In this document: piece by piece, positions 59,656 through 64,000 of the stretch
Numbering within the stretch: the stretch's first letter is position 1
Layout: each line of letters starts with the position of its first letter
Assembly (NCBI GenBank): GCA_963776345.1
Contig: CAVZMH010000020.1
Coordinates: forward strand, 1 to 64,000
Origin: an uncultured delta proteobacterium
Lineage (GTDB): Bacteria; Myxococcota; Myxococcia; Myxococcales; Myxococcaceae
Reading direction: 5' to 3'
DNA length: 64,000 nt
Position numbers and translations under genes: made by a program
The notes under the pieces: generated by a model
The model's database searches: none
What the model was told of the DNA's origin: nothing
Seen by the model: only the letters and a program-made list of their open reading frames with translations

Positions 59656-60285
59656 TCAGTGCGGCGCGCCGACGAACCAGATCTCGCTGATCACGGTCAC
59701 CCGCAACGTCCGGCCCTCGCCGAGGACGACCTTCGCGTATTCGCCGGGCAGGAGCCGGGTGGCCGCCTCCTGGGAGGGCCGATCGACCCGGATCGGCACT
59801 CCGCCGGGCGGGATCTCCACCTCGCTCGCGGGCTCCACGCGGATCACCTGGGCGAATCCGGTCCCGGCGTGCACCAGGTACAAGCGATCCGGCGTGCCCA
59901 GCGCCCGATAGGCGAGCCCGCGGCCGACGATCGGGGCGACGCGGTCCTCGCGCTCGAGCTGCACCCGGACCCCGTCGGTCAGCCTTCGACCCTCGGGGCT
60001 CTCGGCCCCGAAGCGCCATAGCGCGCCGGTGAGGTGCTGCCCGGCCCGGGTGCTCGCCGGGACCTCGACCACGAGGCGGTACTCGGCGTCGTCGAAGCCG
60101 CGGCTCTCGGGGAGCTCGAGGTGCGTCACCCGCACCCGGGCCAGCCGCAGCGAGTCGCCCGGGCCCGCCGGACCGATGAGGAGGAAGGTCGCCTGCCCGC
60201 TGCCGAAGAGGAGCGGCCCCTGACGCGCCCGCGCGGCCTCCGGCGACAGGGTCAGCGAGAGCACCAGCGCCAGGACCGCGCTCAT
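59656..60285 (-). CDS. Exported hypothetical protein
   Basis: Signal-like N-terminus MSAVLALVLSLTL. ATG overlaps the NUDIX stop. Confidence 0.55.
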   Translation of the reverse strand: MSAVLALVLSLTLSPEAARARQGPLLFGSGQATFLLIGPAGPGDSLRLARVRVTHLELPESRGFDDAEYRLVVEVPASTRAGQHLTGALWRFGAESPEGRRLTDGVRVQLEREDRVAPIVGRGLAYRALGTPDRLYLVHAGTGFAQVIRVEPASEVEIPPGGVPIRVDRPSQEAATRLLPGEYAKVVLGEGRTLRVTVISEIWFVGAPH

Positions 60286-60824
60286 GGGAACAGCCCCTGG
60301 ACCGCGGCCTGGCACATCGTCGCCAGCACCAGCGCGTGGGTGATCTCCCCGCTCGCCACACGCTCCCGCAGCGACGCGGAGGGAACGAGCTCCACCCGGA
60401 TGTCCTCTCCCGGGTCGAGCCGCGGCTTACCCTTCCGCCGGCAGTCGAGGGCGAGGAACGAGTGCAGCCGGTTCTGCTGGATGGCCGGATTGGGATGGCA
60501 CACGCCGAGGAACACCAGGCGCCCGGGAACGAATCCCGTCTCCTCCTCGAGCTCGCGGGCGGCGGCGAGGGCCGGCGTCTCTCCGGGGTCCACCATCCCG
60601 CCGGGGAGCTCCAGGGTGTCGGCGGCGATGCCGGCGCGGAACTGCCGGACCAGGATGGCCTCTCCCCCGCCGGTCACCGCCAGGACGTTCACCCAGTCCG
60701 GGGCGGAGATGATGACCCGCGGGTGCTCGCGCCCGTGGCCGTCCTCCATCGCGTCCTCGCGGATGCGGAGGATGGTGAAGTCGCGCTCGTCGCCTCGGCG
60801 GAGGGTCCGCCAGCCGGTGCTCAA
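60282..60824 (-). CDS. NUDIX hydrolase (ADP-ribose pyrophosphatase-like)
   Basis: VRQFR and ELPGGMVDPGETPALAAARELEEETG. Probable TTG start overlapping the upstream stop. Confidence 0.88.
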   Translation of the reverse strand: MSTGWRTLRRGDERDFTILRIREDAMEDGHGREHPRVIISAPDWVNVLAVTGGGEAILVRQFRAGIAADTLELPGGMVDPGETPALAAARELEEETGFVPGRLVFLGVCHPNPAIQQNRLHSFLALDCRRKGKPRLDPGEDIRVELVPSASLRERVASGEITHALVLATMCQAAVQGLFP

Positions 60825-61663
60825 TTCAGGAACTCCAGCCGGTGGCGGAGCGCCTGGGCGGTCAGCTCGAGCTGCGCCTGGTCCGGTGCGTCGGGCGACA
60901 GCTCGAGGCACCGCTCCACGTCCTTCAGCGCCGCGCGGTACGCCCCGAGCGCGGAGAGGATGGTCGCCCGGGCTCGCAGCTCGCCGGGATGGTCGGGATG
61001 GAGCTGGAGGAGGAGGTCGACCGCCCGCGCCGCGCGCTCCCCTTGCGTCCGCTCCAGCCAGGAGCGCTTCACGTTGTTCAGCATCCGCCAGACGATGACC
61101 TTCGCCGGCGCCGGCGTCAGCAGCCGCGGCTGGAACCTGACTTGCGGAGCGACCGTCGCCAGGAGGTCCTGGCAGCCGGCCTCGGTGAGGATCTTCCCAC
61201 CCTGGAACGGGTCCAGGACCAGCTTCCCGTCCTCCGACGGGCAGGCGACGAGGAAGTGGCCGGGGAACGAGACGCCGAAGAGGGGAACGCCCGCCCGTCG
61301 CGCCACCTCCAGGTAGACGACGGCGAGGGTGATGGGGAGCCCCTTCTTCCGGGCCAGCACCCGGTCGAGGAAGCTGTTCTCGGGCGCGTCGTAGGTGTCG
61401 GTGTCGCCCCAGAGGCCTTCCTCGTCGGCGAGGATCCGGCGGAGCGCCTGGGCCCGGCCGAGCGCGTCGAGGCGGCCGGGCTCGAGCGCCCCCACCCGCG
61501 CCCCCAGCGCGTCGAGGGTGTGCAGCACCTGGCCGACGTCCAGCGCCTCGTCCTCGAGGGCGGCGACCGCGCAGGCCGCCAGGTCGAGCCGCGGCGGCTC
61601 CGAGCCGAGCCCCTCGGACAGGAGCGCGCGCGCCCGGTTGCTGTGGAGGGCCAGGCTGCGCAT
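60821..61663 (-). CDS. SirB1 / transglutaminase-like protein with C-terminal TPR
   Basis: YDAPENSFLDRVL, GLPITL, GVSFPGHFL, DPF and RMLNN. Confidence 0.88.
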   Translation of the reverse strand: MRSLALHSNRARALLSEGLGSEPPRLDLAACAVAALEDEALDVGQVLHTLDALGARVGALEPGRLDALGRAQALRRILADEEGLWGDTDTYDAPENSFLDRVLARKKGLPITLAVVYLEVARRAGVPLFGVSFPGHFLVACPSEDGKLVLDPFQGGKILTEAGCQDLLATVAPQVRFQPRLLTPAPAKVIVWRMLNNVKRSWLERTQGERAARAVDLLLQLHPDHPGELRARATILSALGAYRAALKDVERCLELSPDAPDQAQLELTAQALRHRLEFLN

Positions 61664-61908
61664 CAGGGAGCCGTTCGCCTCCGGTGCTCGGCCCGGAGCG
61701 CGATCTGCGCCGCGACCAGGCCGCTGAGGAGCCCGTCCTCGAACTCGAAGGTGGGGTGCGCCTTCAGCTCGGGGAAGTCGTGCGGGTTGAGCACGTCGTC
61801 CGGCCCGAGGTTGGGCACCGCCTCGCGGGCGAGCCGCAGCACCTTGGTCCGCTGCTGCGAGATCATCTGCTCCAGCAGGGCCTCGGCGGCCGGGAAGAAG
61901 TCGTCCAC
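61663..61908 (-). CDS. Small conserved hypothetical protein
   Basis: MDDFFPAAEALLEQMISQQRTKVL...PDDVLNPHDFPEL...FEFEDGLLSG, coupled to the SirB1 gene. Start approximate. Confidence 0.7.
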   Translation of the reverse strand: MDDFFPAAEALLEQMISQQRTKVLRLAREAVPNLGPDDVLNPHDFPELKAHPTFEFEDGLLSGLVAAQIALRAEHRRRTAP

Positions 61909-61989
61909 CCCGTTTTCATGCCCCCCCGGTACCCCGCCGGTCAACCTGGGGCCCTTGGCGGCGGCCCCGGGCGGGGTAGTCTGCCCGGC

Positions 61990-62424
61990 ATGGCATCGCC
62001 GCATCGTCTCGAGACCGAGGAAGCCGTTCGCGCCCTGGTGAAGCGCATCAAGCGCGTGGCGGTGCTGGGCATCAAGACCGAGGAGCACTCGGATCAGCCG
62101 GGCTTCTACGTGCCCGAGTACCTGAGCTCGGTGGGCATCGAGGTGGTGCCGGTGCCCGTGTACTACCCGGAGGTGAAGGAGATCCTCGGGAAGCCCGTGT
62201 ACCGGCGGCTGGTGGACATCCCCGGGGAGCTGGACCTGGTCGACGTGTTCCGGAAGCCCAAGGACCTCGAGGCGCACGTCGAGGACATCCTGGCCAAGAA
62301 GCCGAAGGCGGTCTGGCTGCAGGCCGGCATCCGGAACGACGCGGTGGCGGACCGGCTGGCGGCGGCGGGCATCGACGTGGTGCAGGACCGCTGCCTGATG
62401 GTGGATCACCGCCGCTACGCCTGA
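61990..62424 (+). CDS. CoA-binding (YccU-like) protein
   Basis: RVAVLG, DLVDVFR, VWLQAGI and VVQDRC. Confidence 0.9.
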   Translation: MASPHRLETEEAVRALVKRIKRVAVLGIKTEEHSDQPGFYVPEYLSSVGIEVVPVPVYYPEVKEILGKPVYRRLVDIPGELDLVDVFRKPKDLEAHVEDILAKKPKAVWLQAGIRNDAVADRLAAAGIDVVQDRCLMVDHRRYA

Positions 62425-62630
62425 GCATCGCCCCGGAAAACGAGGACCCGCAGCTGGCCGCCGCGCTCGGGTGGCTCCGATCCGGCCGAGCGACGACGCA
62501 CGACGCGCTCGACTCACCGCGCCGCGCTGGAGCCCGCCCGGGGGCGTCCACCCGGCCGGCCGTCGGCCACGCCGGATCGGGTGCCCCGGCTCCCCCAGGA
62601 GCACAGGTCGCCGTCGCCCCGACTTGCGGC

Positions 62631-62671
62631 TTGCCGCCGCCTCTCCATCGACGTATGAACACCCATTGATA
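62631..62671 (+). promoter_or_regulatory. Putative promoter with overlapping palindromic operator for the ArsR-MTase regulator
   Basis: TTGCCG-N17-TATGAA. The imperfect palindrome TATGAA-CACCCA-TTGATA (62654-62671) reaches the start codon. Confidence 0.5.
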
Positions 62672-63564
62672 TGGAGTCCCTCTCCCAGTCCTTCCGTGCC
62701 CTCGGCGACCCGACCCGGCTCCGCATCCTCCGCCTGGTGGCCGCGGCGCCGCTGAACGTCTCCGAGCTGGTCTCCGTCGTGGGGGTGGCCCAGTCCTCGG
62801 TGAGCCACCACCTGGGCAAGCTTCGCCAGCTGGGCCTGGTCCGCGAGGAGCGCGCCGCGGGCTTCACCTACTACTCGCTGGCGGTGGACGCGGGCGACGT
62901 CCAGGCGCCGCTGATCAAGATGGCCTGCGAGGCGGAGGACGGCACCGGCGACCTGGCCCGGCTCAAGGACCTGCTCCGCCAGCGGGAGGACCGGCAGATC
63001 CTGAACGAGCGCCTCCTCGAGCCCGGCCAGTCCTGGTTCCTCTGGGCGAGCGCGCTCGCCTCGCTGCTCCCGCCGCTGGACGTGGCCGACTTCGGCTGCG
63101 GCACCGGCGTGCTCAGCACCTCCATCGCCCGCTGGGCACGCTCGGTGGTGGCCATCGACCAGAACCGCGCGGCGCTGGCCCAGGCCCGCGCCCGTGCGAA
63201 GCGCGAGGGCCTCCGCAACGTGACCTTCCTCCGGGAGGACCTGCACCACCTCTCGCTCCCCTCGGGGAAGACGGGCCTGGTCGTCCTCTCCCAGAGCCTG
63301 CACCACGTGGAGGAGCCGGCCGCGGTCCTCGGCGAGGCGGCGCGCATCCTCGCCCCCGGCGGGAAGGTGGTGGTGCTGGAGCTGATGACGCATCAAGAGA
63401 CCTGGGTCCGCGAGCGTCTCGGCCACCGGCACCTGGGCTTCGAGCCCGCCGAGCTCGAGTCCGCGCTGCGTGCCGCCGGGTTCGAGTCGCTCACCCGCGA
63501 GGTGCATCCGCGGCAGGCGAGCTCTCCCTTCCGGGTCTTCCTGCTCACGGGGGAGAAGCGATGA
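62671..63564 (+). CDS. ArsR-family HTH fused to a SAM-binding methyltransferase domain (SahR-like methionine regulator)
   Basis: [13 protein letters not shown]...QSSVSHHL and DFGCGTG...LHH. Directly upstream of and overlapping metH. Confidence 0.85.
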   Translation: MESLSQSFRALGDPTRLRILRLVAAAPLNVSELVSVVGVAQSSVSHHLGKLRQLGLVREERAAGFTYYSLAVDAGDVQAPLIKMACEAEDGTGDLARLKDLLRQREDRQILNERLLEPGQSWFLWASALASLLPPLDVADFGCGTGVLSTSIARWARSVVAIDQNRAALAQARARAKREGLRNVTFLREDLHHLSLPSGKTGLVVLSQSLHHVEEPAAVLGEAARILAPGGKVVVLELMTHQETWVRERLGHRHLGFEPAELESALRAAGFESLTREVHPRQASSPFRVFLLTGEKR

Positions 63565-64000
63565 GCGCGTCCACCGACCAGCGCATCCAGCGGCTGCGGG
63601 AGACCCTCGCCGAGCGCATCCTGGTCCTCGACGGAGCGATGGGGACGCTCATCCAGGCCCAGGGGCTGAAGGCGGCCGACTTCGGCGGCCCCGAGCTCGA
63701 GGGCTGCAACGAGAACCTGGTCCTCACCCGTCCGGAGCTCATCCGCGACATCCACCGCGCGTACTTCGCCGCGGGCGCCGACGTGACCGAGACCGATACG
63801 TTCGGAGCCACCCCGCTGGTGCTGGCGGAGTACGGGCTCGAAGACTCAGGCGCTCCGCATCAACGCCCGGGCCGCCGAGCTCGCCCGCGAGGCGGCGGAC
63901 GCGGCCGAGGCGGCCGACGGCCGGACCCGCTGGGTGGCCGGCTCCATCGGCCCGACCACCAAGGCGATCAGCGTCACCGGGGGCATCGAGTTCGAGCCGC
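63561..64000 (+). CDS. metH: B12-dependent methionine synthase, 5' part; extra base at ~63846
   Basis: [23 protein letters not shown] and [12 protein letters not shown]. After removing one base it reads [13 protein letters not shown]...[11 protein letters not shown]. Confidence 0.9.
   Translation, partial: MSASTDQRIQRLRETLAERILVLDGAMGTLIQAQGLKAADFGGPELEGCNENLVLTRPELIRDIHRAYFAAGADVTETDTFGATPLVLAEYGLEDSGAPHQRPGRRARPRGGGRGRGGRRPDPLGGRLHRPDHQGDQRHRGHRVRA

Noticed and set aside
62425..62670. SAM, SAH or cobalamin riboswitch upstream of the regulator-metH operon
   Set aside because: No recognisable consensus, and the likely promoter lies immediately before the start codon, leaving no leader.

Overview
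This is a very GC-rich chromosomal segment of a myxobacterium (Myxococcota, Anaeromyxobacter/Myxococcaceae-like, inferred from mglBA, Glt-like TPR/TonB genes and gene order). It holds about 55 genes and no CRISPR array, prophage or transposase. In order: two outer-membrane barrel genes; an S53 peptidase; a peptidoglycan-recycling cluster (ldcA, serine hydrolase, mpl); a cupin / Tat-hemerythrin / small thioredoxin-fold group; a long minus-strand run from mglB-mglA through a GltC/D/E/F/G-like set to a beta-barrel and a short Wza; dnaX-ybaB-recR; serS followed by all four tRNA-Ser genes, tRNA-Arg(ACG), tadA and ffs; a ZnR-GYF-TPR membrane protein; a glycan/lipid-modifying cassette; recQ, radC, trxB, moaC; and a SahR-like regulator before metH. 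Three signals are hidden from the ORF track. (1) A probable selenoprotein at 12581-12880, with an in-frame UGA in a C/U-R-L-Y motif and a SECIS-like hairpin. (2) dnaX is split at CCC_TTT_CGC_GGC_TGA, a candidate programmed +1 frameshift giving gamma (0 frame) and tau (+1 frame). (3) A complete sigma-54 promoter architecture drives a ~75-nt two-hairpin, terminator-ended transcript with no ORF (candidate sRNA, 48376-48452). Four other genes carry single-base insertions that look like sequencing errors, which tempers the dnaX call. All family assignments come from motif recognition by eye; no database was searched.
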